43,654 nt of DNA from Patescibacteria group bacterium (GTDB lineage: Bacteria > Patescibacteriota > Minisyncoccia > Phycocordibacterales > Phycocordibacteraceae): positions 1 to 43,654 of the forward strand of contig JAGWIS010000003.1 of the NCBI GenBank assembly GCA_028866135.1, written 5' to 3'. Below, piece after piece: positions 18,208 to 26,445 of the stretch (its first letter is position 1; each line of letters starts with the position of its first letter). The translations under genes and the position numbers were made by a program. The notes under the pieces were generated by a model that saw only the letters and a list, made by a program, of their open reading frames with translations, did not search any database and had not been told where the DNA came from.

Positions 18208-18648
18208 ATGGAGTACCACGTTCCGCAATTCATCGAGGTGGAAGATAAGATCGTCGGGCCGCTCACGCTCCGGCAGTTCATCTACATCGCCGGCGCGGGC
18301 GGGCTCTGCGTGGTTTTCTTCGCGTACTTTTCTCTCGTCTACGCGATCATCCTCTCGATTCCGGTCGTGGCATTCGCCGGCGCGCTCGCGTTCTACAAAG
18401 TGAACGGAAAGGCGTTCATCGAGATCCTCGAAGCGGGCTTCAATTACTACACGAGCGCGAAGCTCTTTCTCTGGAAGCACCATGACGCAAAAGTCGAGGA
18501 GCGCAGCGCCGCAGCGGCTGCCGCTGCGGCGGCGGAAAAGTCGCTCCGCGAAAGCGCCGGGACCCCGCGCCTCACGCGCGGCAAGCTTTCGGAGCTCGCG
18601 TGGTCGCTCGACGTGAAGACCGGGGGGTCGGGCGCATCCGAAAAATAG
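18208..18648 (+). CDS. PrgI-family (VirB3-like) membrane protein
   Basis: VPQFIEVEDKIVGPLTLRQF followed by two TM helices. Confidence 0.85.
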   Translation: MEYHVPQFIEVEDKIVGPLTLRQFIYIAGAGGLCVVFFAYFSLVYAIILSIPVVAFAGALAFYKVNGKAFIEILEAGFNYYTSAKLFLWKHHDAKVEERSAAAAAAAAAEKSLRESAGTPRLTRGKLSELAWSLDVKTGGSGASEK

Positions 18649-18790
18649 CATGCCCGGTATGACTACATGGCGTCGTGTCTTTGCTCCAAGGGTCGATTGG
18701 GGTAATGAGAGTATTGTGTCCTTTGCGCGATATGCGTGTTGCGTGGCCGCAGACACGGGGAGCAACGCCATGTTGTCATAATCGGGTATG
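18649..18790. mobile_element. Palindromic element (CCCGG...GGCGTCG family, copy 1) with ATG on both sides
   Basis: About 25-bp imperfect inverted repeat CATGCCCGGTATGACTACATGGCGT / ACGCCATGTTGTCATAATCGGGTATG. Confidence 0.75.
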
Positions 18791-19423
18791 GCGACCAAAC
18801 CAGCAACCGCGACTCAGCAGTTCGTTCCGGTCAAAGAGATCCGGAACGGCGTCATCATCCTCAAAGACGGCGGCTATCGCGGAATACTCATTTGTTCTTC
18901 GGTGAACTTTGGGCTCAAGTCGGCCGACGAGCAGCACGCCATAACGCTCGGCTTCCAGAATTTCCTCAATACGCTTGATTTCTCGATTCAGATCGTCGTG
19001 AATTCGCGCAAGATGGATCTGCGTCCGTACCTCGCGCTCCTCGAAGAGAAGGCGCCCGAGCAGAAGACCGAGCTCATGCGTGTCCAGCTGCGCGAATACA
19101 TCGAGTTCGTGCGCTCGTTCGCCGATCAGGCGAATATCATGACGAAATCCTTCTACATCGTCGTGCCGTATGCGCCCCATGTTTCCGCTGCCCGTGCGGT
19201 CGGATTCCTCCGGCGCGGCGCATCCGCCGCGAAGAGCGCCGCGACGGAAGCCTCTTTCGAGGAGGACCTGGCGCAGCTCGAGCAGCGCCTGTCGCTCGTC
19301 GCCGGCGGGCTCGCGGGCACCGGGGTGCGCGCGGCGCCCTTGGGGACCGAAGAAGTGATCGAGCTTCTGTACCGCTCCTTCAACCCGGGAGAACTCGAGA
19401 ACCCTATCCGCCTCGACAATTGA
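18788..19423 (+). CDS. VirB4/TraC N-terminal-like partner protein
   Basis: TQQFVPVKEIRNG, SVNFGLKS.DEQ, FLNTLDFSIQI; lies between PrgI and the VirB4-like ATPase. Confidence 0.75.
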   Translation: MATKPATATQQFVPVKEIRNGVIILKDGGYRGILICSSVNFGLKSADEQHAITLGFQNFLNTLDFSIQIVVNSRKMDLRPYLALLEEKAPEQKTELMRVQLREYIEFVRSFADQANIMTKSFYIVVPYAPHVSAARAVGFLRRGASAAKSAATEASFEEDLAQLEQRLSLVAGGLAGTGVRAAPLGTEEVIELLYRSFNPGELENPIRLDN

Positions 19424-19424
19424 T

Positions 19425-21248
19425 ATGTCTTTGCTTGATTTTCTAAACCGAAAGAAGAAAGAAGATGCCCCGTCAATCGTGCCGATCCTGCCGAAAGACA
19501 TCTATCGGCAAGGCTCGCTCGATCTCGTCGACACGATCGCCCCGGCGGCGCTCAAGATAGGCTCCCGAGAAATAGAGCTTGGGGAGAAATTCGCCCGCGT
19601 CTTCTACACCATCTCCTATCCGCGCTTCCTCTCCGACAGCTGGTTTTCTCCCATCATCAATCTCGACAAGGTGCTTGATATTTCCCTTTTCATCCATCCG
19701 ATACAGACCGAGGATGCGCTGCGCAGCTTCCAGAAGAAGGTCGCCGAAGTCCAGAGCCAGATCAACGAGAGGGAGGCGCGCGGGCTCGTCCGCGATCCGC
19801 TCCTCGACACCGCGTACCAGGATCTCGAGAATCTCCGCGACAATCTCCAGCAGGCGCAGGAAAAGCTCTTCGACGTAGGCCTCTATCTCGCGCTTTACGG
19901 CGACTCGAAAGAGGAGATCGACAAGACGGAAGGGGATATCCGCGGGATCCTTGACGCAAAGCTCGTCTACACGAAGCCGGCGCTTTTCCAGCAAGAGCAG
20001 GGATTCCGGTCGTGTCTCCCTTTGGGCACCGACGAGCTTTTGGTGAATTCGAAACTCGATTCTTCGCCGCTCTCCTCGGTCTTTCCCTTCGTTTCCTTCG
20101 ACCTCACGAGCGATCGCGGCATCCTCTATGGCATCAACCGCCACAACTCCTCCCTCATTCTCTTCGACCGCTACTCGCTTGAGAACTACAACTCCGTCAT
20201 TTTCGCGAAGTCCGGTTCCGGGAAAAGCTACGCGACGAAGCTCGAGCTTTTGCGCTCGCTCATGTTCGGCACCGACATCATCGTCATCGATCCGGAGCGC
20301 GAATACGAGCAGCTCGCGGAGGCGACCGGCGGCCGCTCGTTCCATATCTCGCTCTCCTCCGAGCACCACATCAATCCGTTTGATCTTCCTCCCGTGAAAG
20401 AAGACGAGGATCCGCGCGACATCTTGCGCTCAAATATCATCTCGCTCGTGGGTCTCTTCCGCATCATGCTCTCCGGCCTCTCGCCCGAGGAGGACGCGAT
20501 TATCGACCGCGCCATCAGCGAGACGTATGCGCTCAAAGACATCACCGGCGACGCCGACTTCACCGGCGCGGAGCCGCCATCGCTCTCTGATTTCGAGCAA
20601 GTCCTTTCCGGCATGGAAGGGAGCGAGTCTCTCGTAGAGCGTCTTTCCAAGTACACGCACGGCACCTGGGCCGGCTTCATGAACCAGCCCACGAACATCG
20701 ACCTCAAGCAGCAGTTCGTCGTCTTCTCGGTGCGCGACATGGAGGACGAGCTGAAGCCGGTGGCAATGTATATCATCACGCACTTCATCTGGAATGAAGT
20801 CCGCCACGAACTCAAGAAGCGCCTGCTCGTCATCGACGAGGCATGGTGGATGATGAAGAGCGAAGACACGGCCTCCTTCCTTTACTCCGTCGCCAAGCGC
20901 GGCCGCAAATACTACCTCGGGGTCTGCACCATCACACAGGACGTCGATGACTTCCTCAAGAGCCCCTACGGACGACCGATTCTCACGAACTCCTCGCTGC
21001 AGCTCCTCCTCAAGCAATCGCCGACCACGATCGACGTCTTGCAGCAAACATTCAATCTCACCGACGAGGAAAAATACCTTCTGCTTGAAGCGGGAGTAGG
21101 GGAGGGGCTCTTCTTCGCGGGGCTGAAGCACGTCGCCATCAAGATCGTCGCGAGCTATACCGAGGACCAGATCATCACGTCCGATCCTTCTCAGGTGCTC
21201 GCCATCAAGCAGGAGAAGGACCGCCATGCCCTCGCGCAAAAACAATAA
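19425..21248 (+). CDS. VirB4-like (TraC/DUF87) ATPase
   Basis: Walker A AKSGSGKS, IDPEREY, INPFD, Walker B LLVIDEAW, KRGRKY, ITQ. Confidence 0.9.
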   Translation: MSLLDFLNRKKKEDAPSIVPILPKDIYRQGSLDLVDTIAPAALKIGSREIELGEKFARVFYTISYPRFLSDSWFSPIINLDKVLDISLFIHPIQTEDALRSFQKKVAEVQSQINEREARGLVRDPLLDTAYQDLENLRDNLQQAQEKLFDVGLYLALYGDSKEEIDKTEGDIRGILDAKLVYTKPALFQQEQGFRSCLPLGTDELLVNSKLDSSPLSSVFPFVSFDLTSDRGILYGINRHNSSLILFDRYSLENYNSVIFAKSGSGKSYATKLELLRSLMFGTDIIVIDPEREYEQLAEATGGRSFHISLSSEHHINPFDLPPVKEDEDPRDILRSNIISLVGLFRIMLSGLSPEEDAIIDRAISETYALKDITGDADFTGAEPPSLSDFEQVLSGMEGSESLVERLSKYTHGTWAGFMNQPTNIDLKQQFVVFSVRDMEDELKPVAMYIITHFIWNEVRHELKKRLLVIDEAWWMMKSEDTASFLYSVAKRGRKYYLGVCTITQDVDDFLKSPYGRPILTNSSLQLLLKQSPTTIDVLQQTFNLTDEEKYLLLEAGVGEGLFFAGLKHVAIKIVASYTEDQIITSDPSQVLAIKQEKDRHALAQKQ

Positions 21249-21981
21249 ACCGCCGCCCGAGGTGATGACGTGGACGAAAGCGGCTCCCGTGCTTGTCGTG
21301 TGTTTTATTTTCGACGCACTGCGTTTCTTCTCTGAAATGCTTTGGTTTTTTGGGCCTGTATTGGCTGCCGCTTTTTGCGCTGCAAAAGGAGCTGCCATTG
21401 CCGGAAAGGTCGGAGCGGCCAAAGCCGGAGCGGCGGCGGGAGGCCTTCTCTGCGGAGCCGCAGGAACCGCTCTCTCCCTTTCTTCGGGGTTCGAGGCCTT
21501 CGGTATCGGGATGTCCATGGCTGTCGGACTCTTCGGCTGGCTTATCGTCCTGCTCATGAACGCCCTAAACAACAGGGATATCTTTAAGGAAAATTTTTCC
21601 ATGCTGATCAAGTACGGCATAAGCCTTCTGATAAGCGAAACCCCCGTCATTAATGCACTGCCAGCACTCACCATTGTTAATGCCACAATGTTTCATGTTC
21701 AAATACAAAAAGGGAAGGAGGCTTTGAAGAAATACGAGGAAGAAAACGCGGCGCGGCTAAAGGAGCAGAAGCGGCAGGCTGCGGAGCTTCTGCGGTTCCG
21801 AAACGAACACGCCGCGCAAGAGGAGCAAGATGCTTCGAGCGGAGAGGCTTTCGATCAGGAACAGGATGAAAGCGAGGCTGCGAAGGCCGAAACATCGCGC
21901 GGCGTCATCCCTTTCCCTTCGGAAAGAATTCGAAGACCGGCAGCGGGGGAAATCCCCGAAGAGCTGCGTAAGGCGGCATGA
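21226..21981 (+). CDS. Hypothetical membrane protein (Gly/Ala-rich TM region, charged tail)
   Basis: Several hydrophobic segments; overlaps the VirB4-like stop. Confidence 0.7.
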   Translation: MPSRKNNKPPPEVMTWTKAAPVLVVCFIFDALRFFSEMLWFFGPVLAAAFCAAKGAAIAGKVGAAKAGAAAGGLLCGAAGTALSLSSGFEAFGIGMSMAVGLFGWLIVLLMNALNNRDIFKENFSMLIKYGISLLISETPVINALPALTIVNATMFHVQIQKGKEALKKYEEENAARLKEQKRQAAELLRFRNEHAAQEEQDASSGEAFDQEQDESEAAKAETSRGVIPFPSERIRRPAAGEIPEELRKAA

Positions 21982-22010
21982 CCGCTTCTCGGAGGCTATA
22001 TACTGGAGGC

Positions 22011-23009
22011 ATGCGCACCGGTCTTTTCGTCGCCTCTTTCGCGCTCGCGTTTGCCGCAACGCCTCTCGTGGCAGCCGCGCAAACCTTCACTGCCGCTCAA
22101 AGCGGTACGCCTTTCACGATTTCAGTGCGTCCGCAGTACCCGGCGCCCTACGGAACCGCGACTATTTCTCTCCTTTCAGATTCTTTGAATCTGGCGAATG
22201 CGTCCATGATCGTTTCGCTCGGCGGAAAGGAAATCTACCGCGGCGCGGTGCAGCCCGTGAGCGTGCCGCTCGGCAAGGCCGGAAGCGTTGCGAACGTGAA
22301 AGTGACTGTGACCTCCTCTGGCATGCCATACGCCCAGTCGGTCTTCATACAGCCCCAGGATGTCGTTCTCGTCGTCGAGCCGATATCTTCGACGCACCCG
22401 CTCTACCAGGGGAAGCCTCTCATACCGCTTGAGGGGGGCGTGCGCGTGGTCGCGATGGCGAATTTTCGGGATGCGGGAGGAAGAGCGATCGATCCGGCCG
22501 CCCTCTCCTATGCATGGACGGTCGACAATACACAAATAGCGAGTGCCTCGGGCATCGGCAGGCAGGCGATCATGGTCGCTTCTCCGCTCCAGTATCGCGA
22601 GCGCATGGTCTCGGTCGCCGTCACGAGCCAGGACGGCGGCCTCGTCGGAGGGGCGTCGTTCCCGCTCTCGTCAGAAGCGCCCTCGGTGCGGATCTACGAA
22701 AGCGATCCGCTGCTCGGCGTGCGCTTCGATCACGCGATTTCAGGCCAATACACCATCACGGGCGCGGAAGCGACTTTGTTTGCCGTGCCGTTTTCTCTCC
22801 CGACGACCCTCGGCGCGCCTGTCGTTCAGTGGTTCCTTAACGGCTCTCCGGCACAGACCGGCAGCTCCGTAACGCTCCGACCCTCCGGAAGCGGGCAGGG
22901 GAGCGCGACGCTCTCGCTCACCGCTTCTTCGGACAGCTTAACTCCCGCCACCGCGAGCCTGTCGCTCTCCTTCGGGGCCGCACCGAGCTTTAGCATCTTC
23001 GGCCTATGA
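22011..23009 (+). CDS. Secreted protein with probable Ig-like beta-sandwich domains
   Basis: Signal peptide (...PLVAAA|QT), YAWTVD and QWFLNG Ig-type strands; TATACT 6 nt upstream. Confidence 0.75.
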   Translation: MRTGLFVASFALAFAATPLVAAAQTFTAAQSGTPFTISVRPQYPAPYGTATISLLSDSLNLANASMIVSLGGKEIYRGAVQPVSVPLGKAGSVANVKVTVTSSGMPYAQSVFIQPQDVVLVVEPISSTHPLYQGKPLIPLEGGVRVVAMANFRDAGGRAIDPAALSYAWTVDNTQIASASGIGRQAIMVASPLQYRERMVSVAVTSQDGGLVGGASFPLSSEAPSVRIYESDPLLGVRFDHAISGQYTITGAEATLFAVPFSLPTTLGAPVVQWFLNGSPAQTGSSVTLRPSGSGQGSATLSLTASSDSLTPATASLSLSFGAAPSFSIFGL

Positions 23010-23152
23010 TCCGACACACTAAAAAGCGTAGCTTGTTTGAGAAATATTCCTGTCTTGGGATAGTTGGACGACTTGTTCTTCGTTTGGATCCGACACGACG
23101 GTTCGGCGCCCCGCAGCGGGGCGCCGAACGACGCTTTTTTGGTGTGGCGGGG
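23010..23152. mobile_element. Palindromic element (ACAC...GGTGT family) inserted in frame at a start codon
   Basis: Imperfect inverted repeat CCGACACACTAAAAAGCGT / ACGCTTTTTTGGTGTGGCGG; internal hairpin 23101-23129; ATGA at both 23006 and 23153. Confidence 0.7.
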
Positions 23153-23797
23153 ATGAAAAAAACAATTGTCGTTTTTGCTTTTGTGTTTTTTAGCGTAGTG
23201 CTCACACCCCATTCATTTGCCGCAACGATTGCTGTCCCGTTGTCGCCGGCGCAAAGCGGATTCGTTCCGCTCGCGCCCATTCCGGGCCTTACCAGCATTA
23301 CCGATCAAAATAGTGCGGCGAATTCGGCGAATCTCGCCGTGTTCTTCAATAATCTGTATAAATTCCTCATTGGCATTGCGGCCGTGCTTGCGGTCATCGA
23401 GATCATCTGGGGCGGGCTCGAAATTTCGACCCAGGATTCCATAAGCAAGCAGAAGGACGGCAAAAAGCGCATCCAGGACGCCATCTTCGGCCTCGTCCTC
23501 GTCCTCTCCCCGGTCTTGGTCTTCTCCATCATCAATCCGAGCATCCTGAATCTCTCGCTCAACTTGCCGGCGCTCAATCTGGCTACGCCACCGATACCGG
23601 TAACGCGGTCGCCACTACCGGTAACGCGGTCGCCACAAAGAACCTCGAACTCTCAGGTGCTGGGCGCGCGAAATGCAGCAGCAACCTCGACTGTGCTGCC
23701 GTTCGTCGACGCGAATACCGGAGGACTCATAAATTCGGGAGAGCCTGGATATAAAAAATCAACGGCGTTGCCGGGGTTTTCCCCTAATTATCGGTAA
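23153..23797 (+). CDS. T4SS pilin-like (VirB2/TrbC-like) protein; in-frame upstream start at 23006
   Basis: Signal peptide then two TM helices: LIGIAAVLAVIEIIWGG...KDGKKRIQDAIFGLVLVL...INP. Confidence 0.78.
   Translation: MKKTIVVFAFVFFSVVLTPHSFAATIAVPLSPAQSGFVPLAPIPGLTSITDQNSAANSANLAVFFNNLYKFLIGIAAVLAVIEIIWGGLEISTQDSISKQKDGKKRIQDAIFGLVLVLSPVLVFSIINPSILNLSLNLPALNLATPPIPVTRSPLPVTRSPQRTSNSQVLGARNAAATSTVLPFVDANTGGLINSGEPGYKKSTALPGFSPNYR
23595..23636 (+). repeat. 21-bp perfect tandem duplication (PVTRSP x2)
   Basis: TACCGGTAACGCGGTCGCCAC twice. Confidence 0.9.
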
Positions 23798-23800
23798 CAT

Positions 23801-25006
23801 ATGTCGAGAAAAAACATTTTGATCGTCTCGGGAATCATCTTTGTTGTGTTCCTCGGCGCGTTCGCATATTTCTACTTCTTCGCCGGCACCACGGGCGTCT
23901 CGGTCGCTCCGGGCGGAACAGGGCTTCCTTCGGCAGGACAAGCGGCCTTTCCTCAGGGCGGCGCGGGTGCAGGCACCACGACGGCCTCGGTGCCCGTACC
24001 GGTATCGGTATCGCCTCGGCTCGTGAAGATAAGCGCCGGGCCGGTTGTCCCGGGCGAGATCGTCATCGACAGCAAGTCCGCGACCGCAAGCTCCTCTCCG
24101 GAGGTCACCGTAAACTACATCGAGCGGCAAAGCGGCAACGTCTTTTCCTATAAAGTCGGGGCGGCGGCGCTTACGCGCATTTCGAACAGGACCGTTCCCG
24201 GCATCCAGACGGCCTCGTGGCTTCCGGATGGCTCGCTTGCTTTCGTACGGTATCTTTCTGGCACTGACTTCTCCACCGTGAACACCTATGCGCTCCTTGC
24301 AAACGGTTCTAACGGCTTCTTCCTCCCTCAGGATCTCTCCGGAATAGCCGTCGCATCCACAAGCATCCTCTCCCTCGCGTCCGGGGTAAATGGTTCCGTC
24401 GCCTCCGCTTCGCGCACGGACGGCTCTCACTCCGCAGCCGTCTTCACGACGCCGCTCTCCTCATTGAGGGTTTCCTTCGCGGGGAAGAACCAGTATCTCG
24501 CCTTCACGAAGCCTGCGGCACTGCTTCCCGGAGATGCGTTTCTCATCGACGGGTCGGGGCGCTTCTCCCGCATCGCGGGGCCAGAGAACGGACTCGTCGC
24601 TCTCGCGAGCCCGCTCGGAAAATGGATGCTCGTAAGCTCCGTCTCGGACGGCACGCTCCAGACGGAGCTCGTAAACGCCGCGACCGGAGAATCCCTCCCT
24701 CTTCCCGTCGCGACGATCGCGGATAAATGCGTGTGGACGGCGGACGACTCGACGATCTACTGCGGCATCCCGCAAAATCCTCCGCCGGGCCAGAATTATC
24801 CCGATGATTGGTACCAGGGTGCGGTGTCTTTCAGCGATCAGATATGGAAAATCCAGGTTTCGGGACGCTATGCGCAGCTCGTGCTTGATTTCTCTGCGGA
24901 AACGAATGGCCCCCTCGACGCCGAGGCGCTCGCGGTCGACCCCGGAAACACCACGCTCGTCTTCGTCAACAAGAACGACGGCTCCCTCTGGTCGTACCGG
25001 CTCTGA
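23801..25006 (+). CDS. Membrane-anchored surface protein, probable beta-propeller
   Basis: N-terminal TM; repeated WD/TolB-like blades (SWLPDGS, SPLGKW, WTADDSTIYC, VDPGNTTLVF). Confidence 0.75.
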   Translation: MSRKNILIVSGIIFVVFLGAFAYFYFFAGTTGVSVAPGGTGLPSAGQAAFPQGGAGAGTTTASVPVPVSVSPRLVKISAGPVVPGEIVIDSKSATASSSPEVTVNYIERQSGNVFSYKVGAAALTRISNRTVPGIQTASWLPDGSLAFVRYLSGTDFSTVNTYALLANGSNGFFLPQDLSGIAVASTSILSLASGVNGSVASASRTDGSHSAAVFTTPLSSLRVSFAGKNQYLAFTKPAALLPGDAFLIDGSGRFSRIAGPENGLVALASPLGKWMLVSSVSDGTLQTELVNAATGESLPLPVATIADKCVWTADDSTIYCGIPQNPPPGQNYPDDWYQGAVSFSDQIWKIQVSGRYAQLVLDFSAETNGPLDAEALAVDPGNTTLVFVNKNDGSLWSYRL

Positions 25007-25009
25007 GAT

Positions 25010-25164
25010 TAGAGTTCATTTCAAAACTCTGAGCGATGCGAGGGGTATGCTGCGGGAAAGGGCTCTCGGAGCCCGACGGGGCGAGAGCGAGCCGCTTTTT
25101 CAGCAGAAAAAGACGGCGTACCTTTCGCGCAGCATACTCGAGCGGAGCTTTGAAATGAGCTCTA
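25010..25164. mobile_element. MITE-like multibranch element with TA-flanked termini; supplies the yidC stop codon
   Basis: TAGAGTTCATTTCAAAACTC / GAGCTTTGAAATGAGCTCTA plus inner stem GTATGCTGCGGGAAAGG / CCTTTCGCGCAGCATAC. Confidence 0.75.
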
Positions 25165-25881
25165 GGACATGAGCGTGCGCCGCACGTGCCGCTCCTGGAG
25201 CGCGCCAGCGAGATTGGTTGTGATGAAATACAGCGCGATCGCGCTTGAGGTCGTGTAGGAGATGGTGCCGATGAGGAAAGGGAAGATGTATTTGAGCTGA
25301 AGCCCCATCACTTTCTGGAAATCCCCTTGCATGCCGCCATTTCCAGAAGGCTTCATGGTCCCCGAGAGCGCCATGTGCGCCTGGAGGAATTGGGAGAGCC
25401 CGGCGAGTATCGCGAGAACCATGCTCTTGCCGGTCATCGAGATGAATCCGAGAAATTCGAAGGATACGCCGTGTGGGATGGGGGTAAATGCATAGAGCCG
25501 GGCCATGTTAATCGCGGAGAGCGGCTCGTAGAGGAATACCCAGTAGAGGGCGAGTAGCACGGGAATCTGGATGAAGACCGTGAGGATGCTCGCGAAGGGG
25601 TTCACTCGTTCTTGCCGATACAAAGCAAGTGTTTCGACCGCTTCTTTCTCCTTGTCGTCCTTGTATTTTTCCTTCAGCTCTTTGAGTTTCGGCTCGAGCG
25701 TTTTCATCGCTATTTGTGTGCGGGCTGCTGAGAGGGAGAAAGGGAGCATGATGAGCCGGATGATGACGGTAAGCAGGATGACGGCGATGCCGACGTCAGA
25801 GCCCGGCACGAGCGCAACGAGCGCGACGAGCGCGTTATAGATGGGATTATAGAAAACGGCGTGGAAGAAGGTTGAGATCAC
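25162..25881 (-). CDS. yidC: Membrane protein insertase YidC (short, no periplasmic domain)
   Basis: G.AVILLTVIIRLIMLP, NPFAS...IQIPVL, AIALYFIT.N; canonical position after rnpA. Confidence 0.93.
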   Translation of the reverse strand: MISTFFHAVFYNPIYNALVALVALVPGSDVGIAVILLTVIIRLIMLPFSLSAARTQIAMKTLEPKLKELKEKYKDDKEKEAVETLALYRQERVNPFASILTVFIQIPVLLALYWVFLYEPLSAINMARLYAFTPIPHGVSFEFLGFISMTGKSMVLAILAGLSQFLQAHMALSGTMKPSGNGGMQGDFQKVMGLQLKYIFPFLIGTISYTTSSAIALYFITTNLAGALQERHVRRTLMS

Positions 25882-25895
25882 AAAGGTATTCTACG

Positions 25896-26207
25896 TTACC
25901 CGCGTATTTTAGAAAGGAGGGCCGCGAATTCCTTTTTGACGCCTTCATACGGCAGAAGCGCCACAGACGCCCGTGGGAATACGATGAGGGCGGAAGGGAG
26001 AGGGAGCCCTCGCATCGCTGCGAGAACCCGCCGGCGTATGTGGTGCCTTGTTACCGAAAGTCGTGCAACCTTTTTGGGCACGATAACAGCGTATCCTTCA
26101 GCTTCTTTCGGGAGAATAATTGAGAGGTGCTCTGAGGAGAGCCTTTGGCCGGAAGAAAGCGCTGCCGGAAAGGCGGAACGAGGAAGCCGTTGTCGGCGGG
26201 GGAACAC
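25896..26207 (-). CDS. rnpA: Ribonuclease P protein component
   Basis: RL....F, VIVPKKVARLSVTRHHIRRR (RNR-like motif); synteny with rpmH and yidC. Confidence 0.88.
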   Translation of the reverse strand: MFPRRQRLPRSAFPAALSSGQRLSSEHLSIILPKEAEGYAVIVPKKVARLSVTRHHIRRRVLAAMRGLPLPSALIVFPRASVALLPYEGVKKEFAALLSKIRG

Positions 26208-26211
26208 GAAG

Positions 26212-26349
26212 TTAGACGGCGAGGCGCGCCCGCCCGATGCGGCGGCGGCCTTTCAGGATCTTGCGGCCCGAGCTGGTCTTCGTCCGTACGAGAAACCCGT
26301 GGGTGGTGGCGCGCTTGCGCTTCTTCGGCTGATAGGTTCGTTTAGACAT
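26212..26349 (-). CDS. rpmH: 50S ribosomal protein L34
   Basis: Manual translation [45 protein letters not shown]; below the ORF-track size cutoff. Confidence 0.97.
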   Translation of the reverse strand: MSKRTYQPKKRKRATTHGFLVRTKTSSGRKILKGRRRIGRARLAV

Positions 26350-26445
26350 GGTGGACGAAATTAATTTGTACACATGATACTAACAGGTTCTCCCCGAAAT
26401 GCCAGGGTGCCTTGCGCGACGAAGAAGCGTATACTCGAGGACATT

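Noticed and set aside
18505-18536. Poly-Ala run in PrgI
   Set aside because: Mixed codons; ordinary low-complexity linker
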